Notes: a model not told the origin generated them from the letters alone. Shown: positions 23,066 through 36,761, numbered from the stretch's first letter. The stretch is DNA of 64,000 nt from Kofleriaceae bacterium (GCA_046597055.1 JBKJLC010000113.1:1-64000), one strand, 5' to 3'. A program made the numbers and translations.

Positions 23066-23391
23066 CCGACCCGATCCCACACGTGCCGGTCCACGACGCG
23101 ATCCTCGAACCGGCCACCATCGCGCAGCTGTTCTTCGACATCGGCCACGCGGCCGAGCTGGTCGGCATCACGCTCAAGCATGCCGGCGCGCGGCGCGCGG
23201 CCGCCGCGTCGGCGGCGCCGTCGCTCGACGACGCGCATCGGCGGTTCGCCGCCCGCGAGGTCGCGGCGGTGCAGCTGCGCTACCGGTTCGCCGGTGAAGA
23301 GTGGTGGGACACGCTCGCGCACACGCCGGCCGGCGTCCGCCTGGTCCGGATCAGCCACACCCGCGCGCTCGCCTCCGCGAGCGTCGCGTGA
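23062..23391 (+). CDS. Hypothetical protein in the nap operon
   Basis: ATGA-coupled to the ferredoxin gene; host-like codon usage; C-terminal VQLRYRF...WWDTL...VRLVRI. Confidence 0.75.
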   Translation: MTDPIPHVPVHDAILEPATIAQLFFDIGHAAELVGITLKHAGARRAAAASAAPSLDDAHRRFAAREVAAVQLRYRFAGEEWWDTLAHTPAGVRLVRISHTRALASASVA

Positions 23392-23408
23392 TCGTGAAAG
23401 GAGTCTCC

Positions 23409-24245
23409 ATGCTGCGTTCATGCCTTGTTAGTCTGGTGGTCGGTCTTCCCGTGGCCGTCGCCGCCGCCGACCCCGATCCGGCGGCCGAACCCGCACCGGT
23501 GCCACGTCCCGGCCTGACCTTGCCGGCCGGCGCGCTCAACCTCGCGGTCACCGTCGAGATCGAGATGTCGGTCGGTCGGGTGGCCAAGCCGCTGTCGATC
23601 GCACCCGACGTGTCGTACGGCGTCTCCGACGATCTGACGGTGGCGCTGGTGCACTCGAGCTACGCGCTCAGCGGCTTCCGCGCGAAGGCCGGCGGCGGGC
23701 TGTGCCTCACCGGCGACGACGGCGGCTGCGTCGCCGTCTACAACAACGTCGGCGCCGAGGGCTGGTACCGGCTCGCGGCCGGCAAGCTCGCGGCGGCGGT
23801 CGGTGGTGGCGTGCACGCCACCAACCTCGATGCCGGCTTCTACGGGATCAAGCTGGGCGCGAAGGTCCGCCAGGGGTTCGGGAAGCTGGCGGTGACCACG
23901 CTGCCGAGCGTGCTGATCGCCATCACGAAGCGCGAGGACGACGCCGGGACCAAGCTCAACAAGGACATGCTGTGGGTCCCGGTCCAGCTCACCTACCGTG
24001 TGGCTGATCCGCTCACGGTCGGGCTCGGCACCGGCATCAAGGGTCCGCTGTCAGGGTTCGGCGACGCCTGGCAGGTGCCGCTCGGCTTCATGGCGCAGTA
24101 CGCGATCGACCGGCAGCTCGGGGTCGGCGCGTCGTGGGTGTTCGGACAGATCGTCGGCGGGGCCGAGAACCCGCCCGATCCGCTCCCGGCGGTGGTCGGT
24201 CCGGATCTGCGCGGCGTGCAGATCTGGGCGAGCTACACGCGCTGA
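23409..24245 (+). CDS. Putative outer-membrane beta-barrel protein
   Basis: AAGGAG RBS, signal peptide, alternating amphipathic beta-strands, C-terminal QIWASYTR. Confidence 0.7.
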   Translation: MLRSCLVSLVVGLPVAVAAADPDPAAEPAPVPRPGLTLPAGALNLAVTVEIEMSVGRVAKPLSIAPDVSYGVSDDLTVALVHSSYALSGFRAKAGGGLCLTGDDGGCVAVYNNVGAEGWYRLAAGKLAAAVGGGVHATNLDAGFYGIKLGAKVRQGFGKLAVTTLPSVLIAITKREDDAGTKLNKDMLWVPVQLTYRVADPLTVGLGTGIKGPLSGFGDAWQVPLGFMAQYAIDRQLGVGASWVFGQIVGGAENPPDPLPAVVGPDLRGVQIWASYTR

Positions 24246-24421
24246 TCAGCGCGGGGTCACGTCGATCGAGCCGGCGGCGGGCGTGCGCGGTTGTCGAGCT
24301 CGCCGTTGACGGCCCGCATCGGGTCGTAGCCGGCGCGCCACTCGCTGTCGACCAGGCCGAGGAGGCCGAGGCCCGGCCCATGCCGTGCCGGTAGGCCGGG
24401 AGGCCGTCGAGCCGAGCACCG

Positions 24422-25786
24422 CTAGTCGTGCCGCTTCGTCACGCGCGGCAGGGCGGTCGTGACGGGCGGCCCGAGGGCGTAGGGGCTGGCGTTGTCGAAC
24501 TCGAACCGCGCGCAGCCGGCCGCTGACGCGCGATAGACCGGCTCCGGCAGCATCCCTTCGATGCGGCGGCCACCGCTGTACTTGGGCGGAGTCTGCACCG
24601 CCAGGCAGGCCGGTGCTTGCTCATCGGCGATCCACGTGACGAACACGGGCTGCGTACACGCGTCGTCCGTGTACACCTCGAAGACACTGCGGCCGCGCAC
24701 CGGCACGCACGAGAACGTCTCGACATCCTCCTGGCGGAGCGCGCACTCGGTGTCGAGCGCGGTGTCGTAGAAGAGGACGCGCTCGCGGATCCGGGTCGCG
24801 CCCTCGCCGATGTAGATGAGCTGCAAGCGGCCGGGCGCGTCCTGGCGCTCGCGCGCGAGCGAGAAGGGCTCCACCATGCCCGTCGACGGATACACGACGC
24901 CGGAGTCGGGGCCCTGCGGGAGGCAGGTGCCGGTCCCTGTTCCATAGCTGCCGCCCTGGGCCGTGTCGCCCAGGGTGAAGCGCGGCGCGCACGGGCCCTT
25001 GCCGACCGTCCCGAACTCCTGCGGCCGCGGGCACGCGGCGTCGACCGGGAACCAGACGGCCGGCGTCTCGCACGTGATATCCGTGAAGCGCTCGGTCTCG
25101 CTGGCATCGAGCAAGCACGGGACCCGGGTCGCGTCGGCCATGCCCTCCGTGTTGAAGAACAGGCTGTCGAAGTTGACGCAGGCCGCGTCGAGCAGCGAAT
25201 CGTACGGCTGGATCGGGAGCAGCAGGCCGTCGTCGCTCGAGAGCGTCTCGATCTTCACGCGGCCGTCACCCTGGTACCCGCGCGAGAGCTCGGCAAGGTC
25301 GGGGCGCGTCTGCTGGACGGCGCGCACGCCCGAGAAGGAGAACTGGCGGGGCGAGTAGAGGCGGCCGCAAGCGCCGTCAGGGTCGCGCTCGAAGACCTGA
25401 GGCAAGGTGAGTCGCTCCGCCGTGGCCTCGAACAGGCTGTCCGGTCGCGTCGCCTGGCAGCTCGTGACCCTTGCGACCGCATGTGGGACGTCGGTGCCGA
25501 GGATCATCGGCTGCGTGCACTGCGCGTCGCTGTACACGACGCGCGGCAACATCGGCGTGCAGCGCGACGCGCCGTCCGTCCATTCCGTCGGCGTGCACGG
25601 CAAGCCCAGCTTGCTGTCGAAGATTTCGGAGGTCCAGCTTCGCGTTCCGTCCTCGAACTCGTACCAGAAGAGCTTGAGGCGCGTGCCGCTCTGCGCGGTA
25701 TCGGGTGGGATGCTAGCGCCGCTGTCGACCTCACCGTCGCCACCGCCACCGCACGCGACGAGAAGAATCAACCAGAACCAGCGCAT
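24422..25786 (-). CDS. Cys-rich lipoprotein with three internal repeats
   Basis: Lipobox LLVAC; three copies of G-R-(L/V)...(F/Y)D-x2-L-x3-C...C...(Y/F)xD-x2-C-x2-P. Confidence 0.85.
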   Translation of the reverse strand: MRWFWLILLVACGGGGDGEVDSGASIPPDTAQSGTRLKLFWYEFEDGTRSWTSEIFDSKLGLPCTPTEWTDGASRCTPMLPRVVYSDAQCTQPMILGTDVPHAVARVTSCQATRPDSLFEATAERLTLPQVFERDPDGACGRLYSPRQFSFSGVRAVQQTRPDLAELSRGYQGDGRVKIETLSSDDGLLLPIQPYDSLLDAACVNFDSLFFNTEGMADATRVPCLLDASETERFTDITCETPAVWFPVDAACPRPQEFGTVGKGPCAPRFTLGDTAQGGSYGTGTGTCLPQGPDSGVVYPSTGMVEPFSLARERQDAPGRLQLIYIGEGATRIRERVLFYDTALDTECALRQEDVETFSCVPVRGRSVFEVYTDDACTQPVFVTWIADEQAPACLAVQTPPKYSGGRRIEGMLPEPVYRASAAGCARFEFDNASPYALGPPVTTALPRVTKRHD

Positions 25787-25967
25787 GCTCCGAGGTTATC
25801 CCGTTGGGAGGCCCGGACCAACGCCAGCCGTGTGAACCCGGCGGCAGGCTGCGGCAGGGGACGGCGCGGCACGGCCGACGCGCGGGTTCATGTCCCCGGT
25901 CCACGCCCGTCGACGTCGGTGAGCTGGACCTCGCCAGACCGACGCAGCCGAACCGCCGGCGGGCGGC

Positions 25968-26645
25968 TCACTTCGGCAGGGCGGCTTCGACGGCGGCGAT
26001 CACGGTCGGATCGTCGGGCGCGGTCTTCGGCGCGAACCGCGTGATCTGCGAGCCGTCGGCCGAGACCACGAACTTCTCGAAGTTCCAGCGGATGTCGCCC
26101 TGGTGGCCGCTGGCGTCGGGGATCGGGGCCAGCTCGGCGTAGATCGGGTGGCGGCCGGGGCCGTTGACGTCGATCTTCTCGGTCATCGGGAAGGTCACGC
26201 CGTAGGTCGCCGAGCAGAACTCGGCGATCTGCTCGGGGGTACCGGGCTCCTGGCCGCCGAACTGGTTCGACGGAAAGCCGACCACCGTGAAGCCCTTGGG
26301 GCCGTACTTCGCCTGCAGCGCCTCGAGCGCGGCGTACTGGGGCGTCAGGCCGCACTTGCTGGCGACGTTGACGAGGAGGAGCGCCTTGCCCTTGTGCTCG
26401 CCGAGCGAGGTCGGCTGGCCCTTGAGCGACTTGATCGGAAGTTCCCACATGGCCGCGAGTCTACCCCCAGCGGCGGTCGTTGGCGGCGCGGTGCCCGCGG
26501 CGGGTAGCTGCGACGGATCCGCAGCGCGCGCGGTCGCGCCGTAGATCACCGGCGGATCGGCGGGGCGCGCGGGCGCGGGATCCTTGCTGCAGGCGACGGC
26601 GGCGAAGGGGGCGAGCGCCAGCGCCCAGGGACGGAGGTACGGCAT
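25968..26645 (-). CDS. Glutathione peroxidase family protein with a predicted lipoprotein leader
   Basis: VNVASKCGLT, GFPSNQFGGQEPG, WNFEKF; leader with AVAC lipobox; alternative start 26450. Confidence 0.9.
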   Translation of the reverse strand: MPYLRPWALALAPFAAVACSKDPAPARPADPPVIYGATARAADPSQLPAAGTAPPTTAAGGRLAAMWELPIKSLKGQPTSLGEHKGKALLLVNVASKCGLTPQYAALEALQAKYGPKGFTVVGFPSNQFGGQEPGTPEQIAEFCSATYGVTFPMTEKIDVNGPGRHPIYAELAPIPDASGHQGDIRWNFEKFVVSADGSQITRFAPKTAPDDPTVIAAVEAALPK

Positions 26646-26714
26646 GAACGGGAACGTAGCGCGGAGGCTGGTTATCCGGTACACGTGGGGGCTTCTCACC
26701 GACGAGGACTCCCC

Positions 26715-29639
<2,925 letters not shown>

Positions 29640-29687
29640 CGCGCCGACCGGGCCGGGCGCCGGCGCGCGGGCGTCGCTGCGAGGCGG

Positions 29688-31376
29688 TCACGGCTCGAGG
29701 ATCGGCAGATCCTCGAGCACCGGCGGCAGCGTCTGCTCGGGCCACGCGATCACCAGCGCGTGGTCGGAGCGCAGGGGCGCGGCCGCCAGCGTGAGCGCGT
29801 CGAGCTCGGGGCCGGCGATCGCGATCGCGGGCAACCCGCGCAGCCAGGCCTCGTCGAGCGCCTCGAGCAGATCGTCGCGGTTGCGGGCATGCAGCTCGTC
29901 GATCAGCGCGGCGGCGCCCATCCGCTCGGCCAGCGCGCGCGCGCACGCCATCGCCGGGATGTCGGGCGGCGTACGCAGCACCTGGCGACCGGCCGCCACG
30001 TCGGGCCGGGTCCGCGCCCCGTGAGGCATGATGTGGGTCGGCGCACCGCCGTCGAGGAACCGCGCCACGCCGGTCCGCAGCCGAAGCCGGCCCCCGACCA
30101 CCTGGGTCAGCGCCGCGTGCGGCAGCGATCCGCGCCCGCCGATCTCGTCCCACTCGATCAGCCGCGCCAGCGTGGCCAGCGGCACCGCCGGCTCGCCCAG
30201 CAACCAGGCGCCATACAGCACGCTCAGCGCCCGCAGCCCGTCGGGCGCCAGGTCGGCCCGCCGCGCCAGCTCACCGAGCGGCGTGCGCTCGAGCGGCGGC
30301 GCCGCCGGCTCCGGCCCGGCCAGCAGCGCCTTGGCCCAGTCCGCGATCACCACCCGCCACGGCAGCGCAATCCGCCCCGTCGCCAGCCCCCCCACCGCGG
30401 GTGCCGCTGCCGCTGCCGCTGCCGGTGCCGCTGCCGGTGCCGCTGCTGGTGCCGCTGCCGATGCTGGTACCGCTGCCGCCCCCCGCGGCGCCGCCACCCC
30501 CGGCGCTCCCATCCCCTGCACGGCCAGCCGCATCCCCCCACCCGCCGACGCCGGCACCGCGTCCCCCGCCAGCGGCGTCCGGTGCATCCGCCACGCATCG
30601 TCGATCCACAGCAGCGACGGCTCGGGCCCTCCGAGCACGCACGCGCCGCGCTCCAGCTGCACCTCGAGCGGATGGATCGCCAGCGTCTGCACGTGCACGC
30701 GGCGCGGCCCGTGCTCGGTCCCGACCACGACCCAGGTCGCGGTCACGCCGCCCAGCACCCGCTGGATCGGCGCGCCCAGCAGCGCGCCGAACGCCCGGCC
30801 GTCCGAAAGCCGGACGACCGTCAGCTCATCGCGCCCGGGCCGGAACGTCCACAGGTACCGCAGGTGCCCGGTGGTCCCGGCCACCCGGGGCGGGGCGGGC
30901 AGGGGCAGGTTCAGCCGGGCGACCACCCGCCGGGACGCCAGGTCGACCACGTCGTTGCGCGCGGCGGTCACCACCAGCAGCTGGCCATGCTCGAGCGCCG
31001 CGGTGTGCATCGGCGGCGCCACCGCATCGAACGTGGTGACGTCGATCGCCTTGCCGAGGAAGCGCGCGACCGTGAGGGTCGCGCTGCCGGGGACGTGCAG
31101 CACGGCCCGGCTCTCGACGACCGCAGCCATCACCGCGCCCGGTGGCCGCGGCCGGCGCACCGCCAGGGTCAGCTTGGGCAGGTCGTACCCGCACAGTTCG
31201 TCGTCGGTCACGACCACCAGCTGCGGCGGGCTGGTCACGAACCCGAGCGCGGCGACCGGGCCCGGCGCGGGCACGGCGGCGAGCTCCTGCAGGGTGGCGT
31301 CGAGCAGGACGATCCGCCCGGCGTGGGCGTAGGCAACGTGGTGGTCGTCGGGGCTGGCCACCAGCGCGGTCGTCAT
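29688..31376 (-). CDS. Hypothetical protein: beta-propeller-like N-terminus, Ala/Pro linker, helical/AAA-like C-terminus
   Basis: Long ORF with host codon usage; TAAGCT -10 box 8 nt upstream of ATG 31376. Confidence 0.7.
   Translation of the reverse strand: MTTALVASPDDHHVAYAHAGRIVLLDATLQELAAVPAPGPVAALGFVTSPPQLVVVTDDELCGYDLPKLTLAVRRPRPPGAVMAAVVESRAVLHVPGSATLTVARFLGKAIDVTTFDAVAPPMHTAALEHGQLLVVTAARNDVVDLASRRVVARLNLPLPAPPRVAGTTGHLRYLWTFRPGRDELTVVRLSDGRAFGALLGAPIQRVLGGVTATWVVVGTEHGPRRVHVQTLAIHPLEVQLERGACVLGGPEPSLLWIDDAWRMHRTPLAGDAVPASAGGGMRLAVQGMGAPGVAAPRGAAAVPASAAAPAAAPAAAPAAAAAAAPAVGGLATGRIALPWRVVIADWAKALLAGPEPAAPPLERTPLGELARRADLAPDGLRALSVLYGAWLLGEPAVPLATLARLIEWDEIGGRGSLPHAALTQVVGGRLRLRTGVARFLDGGAPTHIMPHGARTRPDVAAGRQVLRTPPDIPAMACARALAERMGAAALIDELHARNRDDLLEALDEAWLRGLPAIAIAGPELDALTLAAAPLRSDHALVIAWPEQTLPPVLEDLPILEP
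30400..30480. repeat. Imperfect (GCCGCT/GCCGGT)n tandem repeat encoding an Ala/Pro linker
   Basis: Directly visible hexamer repeat; encodes AAAPAAAPAAAPAAAAAAAP. Confidence 0.85.
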
Positions 31377-31422
31377 CGGGCGCCAGCTTACCTCACGGGC
31401 TCGGCTCCGTTCGAATCCCGAC

Positions 31423-31444
31423 CTCCCATCGATCTCCCATCGAT
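31423..31444. repeat. Perfect 11-bp tandem repeat (CTCCCATCGAT)x2 in an intergenic region
   Basis: 31423-31433 and 31434-31444 are identical. Confidence 0.85.
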
Positions 31445-31465
31445 CGAGCGGCCGCGGCCGCGCGA

Positions 31466-32428
31466 TCAGCGGTGCTTGACGGCGAGCGCGTCCTCGGCCA
31501 GCTCCTCGAACGACATCTGCTGGGTGCGCGCGAGCTCGGCATCGCTGAACAGCCGCTTGGCCGCCCGCGGATCGGCGCCCAGCGCGCGCAGGAAGACCCG
31601 CCCGAACACCGGGCCGATCACCGGCCGGTTGTAGAGGTCCTGGACGCCGATCATGAACCGGTTGAACGGCAGCCGGGCCACGGTCGGCTTGCGGGTCACG
31701 AGCTGCAGGCGCTTGAACGCCTCGGCCACCCGCTTGCCGCTGGGGTCGGTCCGGTCCATCGGCTCGAGGAACACGCCGCGCAGGAACGGCTGCGCATGCC
31801 ACAACATCCGGGCGAGCGCCGCGCCACCGCGGACCTGGTCGGCGATCGGCGCGGCCGGCCGGCGCTTGCGCTCGGCCCGGAACTGGTCGGACGCGTAGAC
31901 CTCGGTCATGTGGAAGTCGATCGCGATGTGGCGTGACTCGTCGCGGTTGATGAGGTGCATCGCGCGATGGCTCATCTCGTCGCCGACGTAGTCGTCGAGC
32001 GAGCGCAGCAGCGCGACGTCGAGCATCAGCTCGCCGGCGGTGATGTACGCGTTGGCGATCTCGGGCGACGCCAGCTCGATGACCCGCAGGAAGTGGGGCC
32101 GGAACTTCACCAGCGCCGGGTGCAGCGTGTACGTGCGCCAGCGGTGGACGTCGTAGTGGCGGGCCAGGCGGTCGGCGGCGACCGCGTGGCGCTCCTCGTC
32201 GACGACGAAGCTGTCGAAGATCGCGCGCAGGGTCGGGTCCTCGGTCTTGCGCGCCTGGGCCGCGAACAGCGCGCCGGCCAGCCGCTCGATGCCGGCCATG
32301 TCGGTGAAGCACTGGACGATCGCCTGCTCCTTGTCGCGCGTCATCGCCGGCGGCGGCAGGCTCCAGTCGAGGTCGTCGACCGACCACTGATCGCGCACAC
32401 ACTTGTCGAGCATCCGCGCCAGCTGCAT
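31466..32428 (-). CDS. Ferritin-like di-iron protein (AurF/desaturase-like)
   Basis: QWSVDDLDW, GIE, DEERH, GE, DESRH di-iron ligand motifs. Confidence 0.85.
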   Translation of the reverse strand: MQLARMLDKCVRDQWSVDDLDWSLPPPAMTRDKEQAIVQCFTDMAGIERLAGALFAAQARKTEDPTLRAIFDSFVVDEERHAVAADRLARHYDVHRWRTYTLHPALVKFRPHFLRVIELASPEIANAYITAGELMLDVALLRSLDDYVGDEMSHRAMHLINRDESRHIAIDFHMTEVYASDQFRAERKRRPAAPIADQVRGGAALARMLWHAQPFLRGVFLEPMDRTDPSGKRVAEAFKRLQLVTRKPTVARLPFNRFMIGVQDLYNRPVIGPVFGRVFLRALGADPRAAKRLFSDAELARTQQMSFEELAEDALAVKHR

Positions 32429-32448
32429 GCCTGCAGTCTACGCTCCGA

Positions 32449-34008
<1,560 letters not shown>

Positions 34009-34074
34009 GAGGGGATCCGGCAATCTAGCCCGAAGCCGGACTTCCGTCGATGGGTAGGATCATGAGCGCGGGTG

Positions 34075-34707
34075 CTAGCGGCGGCAGGTCGGCATGGTGT
34101 CCGTGCGCGCATGCCGCCACGTGTCGCGCTGCTCGACCCAGTAGTCGGTGCACTGATGCGTGATCCGGTGCGCCTGGGCGGCGGCGCCGCGGTCGTCGCA
34201 TGGGAAGGTGGTGATCAGCACGTCGCCCTGGCCGTCACCGTCGTCGTCGACGATGTGCGAGAGCAGCTCACCCGCGCGGCCCGCCGGCGGCTCCTGCGAG
34301 GTCGGCAGGGTCCGGCCGTTCTCGGCGATCGGGTGATCGAGCACCAGCACCGCGTTATAGCTGTAGTCGCGGCTGGTCAGGCCGCTGTTGTCGATCGAGA
34401 TGTTCCACGCGGTGGTGGTGCCGCAGGCGTCGGTGCTCGGGGTGACTGCCACGATCTGGGCCTGACCGTAGGCGCCCTCGGCATCGACCACCCAGCCGAC
34501 GTCGCCGACCTTGACCTCGCGACTGCACGCCCCCACGTCGATGTCGTAGAGCTGGCACAGCCGCAGGCGGGTCGACGCCTGGGGCGCGCTCCGCTGGACC
34601 CGGACCACCTTGCCGCTCCGCCGCGGGGCGGCGTCGCCGGCGGGGACCGCACCGGCCAGCAGCGCAGTCACGGCCAGGCCGGCGGCCACGGGGCGCATCT
34701 CGCTCAT
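34075..34707 (-). CDS. Hypothetical secreted protein
   Basis: Signal peptide; several Cys; one DxDGDG Ca-binding-like loop. Confidence 0.75.
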   Translation of the reverse strand: MSEMRPVAAGLAVTALLAGAVPAGDAAPRRSGKVVRVQRSAPQASTRLRLCQLYDIDVGACSREVKVGDVGWVVDAEGAYGQAQIVAVTPSTDACGTTTAWNISIDNSGLTSRDYSYNAVLVLDHPIAENGRTLPTSQEPPAGRAGELLSHIVDDDGDGQGDVLITTFPCDDRGAAAQAHRITHQCTDYWVEQRDTWRHARTDTMPTCRR

Positions 34708-34913
34708 GATACCCGCGCGCCGACCGCCTCGCCAGGCTGGGCTTTGACCCGGGTTTCAGCGCGGCGACCGCGATCGCCAGCATGCCGACCGCCTCGCGCA
34801 CCGAGACGAACCGGGTCCGGGTATCGACATCCCCGAGTATTTTCCGGCCGTGCACCGCGTTCGAGGTCGCGTCGACGAGCCACCGAGAACGCCGTGCACT
34901 AGGGTAGACGTCG

Positions 34914-36761
34914 ATGACCGCTCCCGGGCTTCGTTACACCGTGGACCTCCCCGAGCCGGAGACTCACCTCGTCCAGGTCGAGGTGCGGATCCCGTGCGAG
35001 GGCCTCACCGCTCCGGTCCGCCTCACCATGCCGGCGTGGTGTCCCGGCTCCTACCTGCTGCGCGACTATGCGCGCTTCGTGCGCGACCTCACCGCGCGCG
35101 GCGACGACGGGGCCCCGCGCCCGGCCCGCAAGGTCGACAAGTCGACCTGGGAGATCGACGCGGGCGGGGCCGAGGCGCTGGTCGTCACCTACGCCGTCTA
35201 CGGTCACGAGCTGACGGTACGCACCAACCACGTCGACGGCACCCACGGGTTCCTCCACGGCGCGGCCACGTTCGCGTACGTCGAGGCGCTCCGCCACCGG
35301 CCGGTCGCGCTGACCGTGCGCCCGCCCGCGGGACGCGACTGGCGGCTCGCGTGCGGGCTCGCCGGCGGCGCGCTGGGCCCGGCGCAACCCGAATACGCGC
35401 TGACCGCAGCCGGCGTCGACGAGCTGCTCGATGCCCCGGTGCACCTCGGCCACGTCGAGGAGGCGCGGTTCACGGTCGCCGGCGTGCCGTTCGAGCTGGC
35501 GATCTGGGGCGCCCGCGCCGGCGGCGGCCTGTACACCGTCGAGCGCCTGGTCACCGACCTCGGCGCGATCGCGCTCGATCACGCCCGCCGGATCGCGGGC
35601 GACGCCGCGCTCGCGACGCCGGCGATGCCGTTTCCCCGCTACACGTTCCTGCTCATGCTGTCGCACGACGCGTATGGCGGTCTCGAGCACCGCGCGTCGT
35701 CGGCCAACCTGCACAACCCGCAGTGCCTGGCCAACCGCAAGCAGTACGAGGGCCTGCTCGAGCTGCTGTCGCACGAGCTGTTCCACGCCTGGAACGGCAA
35801 GCGCATCGCGCCGGCCGCGCTGCTCGACGTCGACTACAGCCGCGAGGCCTACACCCGCTGCCTGTGGGTCATGGAGGGGCTGACCAGCCACTACGACCGG
35901 CTCGCGCTGCGGTCGGCCAAGGTCGTCACCGCGCGCAGCTTCTTCGACAAGGTGCTCGACGACTGGAGCCGGCTGATGGCGGTGCCCGGGCGCCACCGGC
36001 ACAGCCTCGAGGACAGCTCGTTCGACGCCTGGATCAAGCTCTACAAGCCCGACGAGTCGAACCTCAACACGTCGGTCAGCTACTACCTGAAGGGCGGCCT
36101 GTGCGCGCTCGCGCTCGACCTCGAGATCCGGCGGCGGACCGAGGGCGCCCGCTCGCTCGACGACTGCCTGCGTGCGCTCTGGGTGCGCTTCGGGGCCGCG
36201 GGCCGGCCGCATCCCGAGGACGTCGAGCCGGTGTTCACCGAGGCGACCGGCCTCGACCTGGGCGAGTTCTTCGCGCGCCACGTGCGTGGCACCGAGGACC
36301 CTCGGTTCGCCGAGGAGCTCATCCACCTCGGGCTCGAGCTGCGCGCGGGTCCGGATCCGGCCCAGGTCGCCGACGGCGCCACCGCGGTCTGGCTGGGTGC
36401 GACCACCAGCGGGGCCCGGGTGACCGGCGTCCTCGACGGCTCGCCGGCCGCGGTCGCCGGCCTCGCCCCCGGCGACGAGCTGTGCGCGCTCGATCGGTTC
36501 CGGATCGCCAGCGACGGCGACGCCCGCGCCCTGGTCGCCGGGCACCGCCCCGGTGACACGGTCGAGCTGGCGGTGTTCCGCCGCGGTCGTCTCGAGCTCC
36601 TCAACGCCACGATCGGCGCGGTCCCGGCCACCCGGTACGAGATCATCGCGGTCGCCGCGCCCACGGTCGAGCAGGCGGCCCGCTACCAGGCGTGGATCGG
36701 GGATGACCTCGCACCCGGCCACAGCCTGGCGACCGTGACCACCACGACCCGCTGGGTTTGA
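34914..36761 (+). CDS. M61 family metallopeptidase with PDZ domain
   Basis: MPAWCPGSY, GGLEH, HELFHAWN, LWVMEGLTSHY, SYYLKG, C-terminal SPAAVAGL PDZ. Confidence 0.95.
   Translation: MTAPGLRYTVDLPEPETHLVQVEVRIPCEGLTAPVRLTMPAWCPGSYLLRDYARFVRDLTARGDDGAPRPARKVDKSTWEIDAGGAEALVVTYAVYGHELTVRTNHVDGTHGFLHGAATFAYVEALRHRPVALTVRPPAGRDWRLACGLAGGALGPAQPEYALTAAGVDELLDAPVHLGHVEEARFTVAGVPFELAIWGARAGGGLYTVERLVTDLGAIALDHARRIAGDAALATPAMPFPRYTFLLMLSHDAYGGLEHRASSANLHNPQCLANRKQYEGLLELLSHELFHAWNGKRIAPAALLDVDYSREAYTRCLWVMEGLTSHYDRLALRSAKVVTARSFFDKVLDDWSRLMAVPGRHRHSLEDSSFDAWIKLYKPDESNLNTSVSYYLKGGLCALALDLEIRRRTEGARSLDDCLRALWVRFGAAGRPHPEDVEPVFTEATGLDLGEFFARHVRGTEDPRFAEELIHLGLELRAGPDPAQVADGATAVWLGATTSGARVTGVLDGSPAAVAGLAPGDELCALDRFRIASDGDARALVAGHRPGDTVELAVFRRGRLELLNATIGAVPATRYEIIAVAAPTVEQAARYQAWIGDDLAPGHSLATVTTTTRWV

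Noticed and set aside
30400..30480. Hexamer repeat as a CRISPR array or phase-variation tract
   Set aside because: No spacers; the unit length is a multiple of three and it encodes an ordinary Ala/Pro linker.
31405..31425. GTTCGAATCCC resembling a tRNA T-loop
   Set aside because: Flanks (CTCCG / CCCGA) do not form a T-stem, and no acceptor, D or anticodon arms are present.
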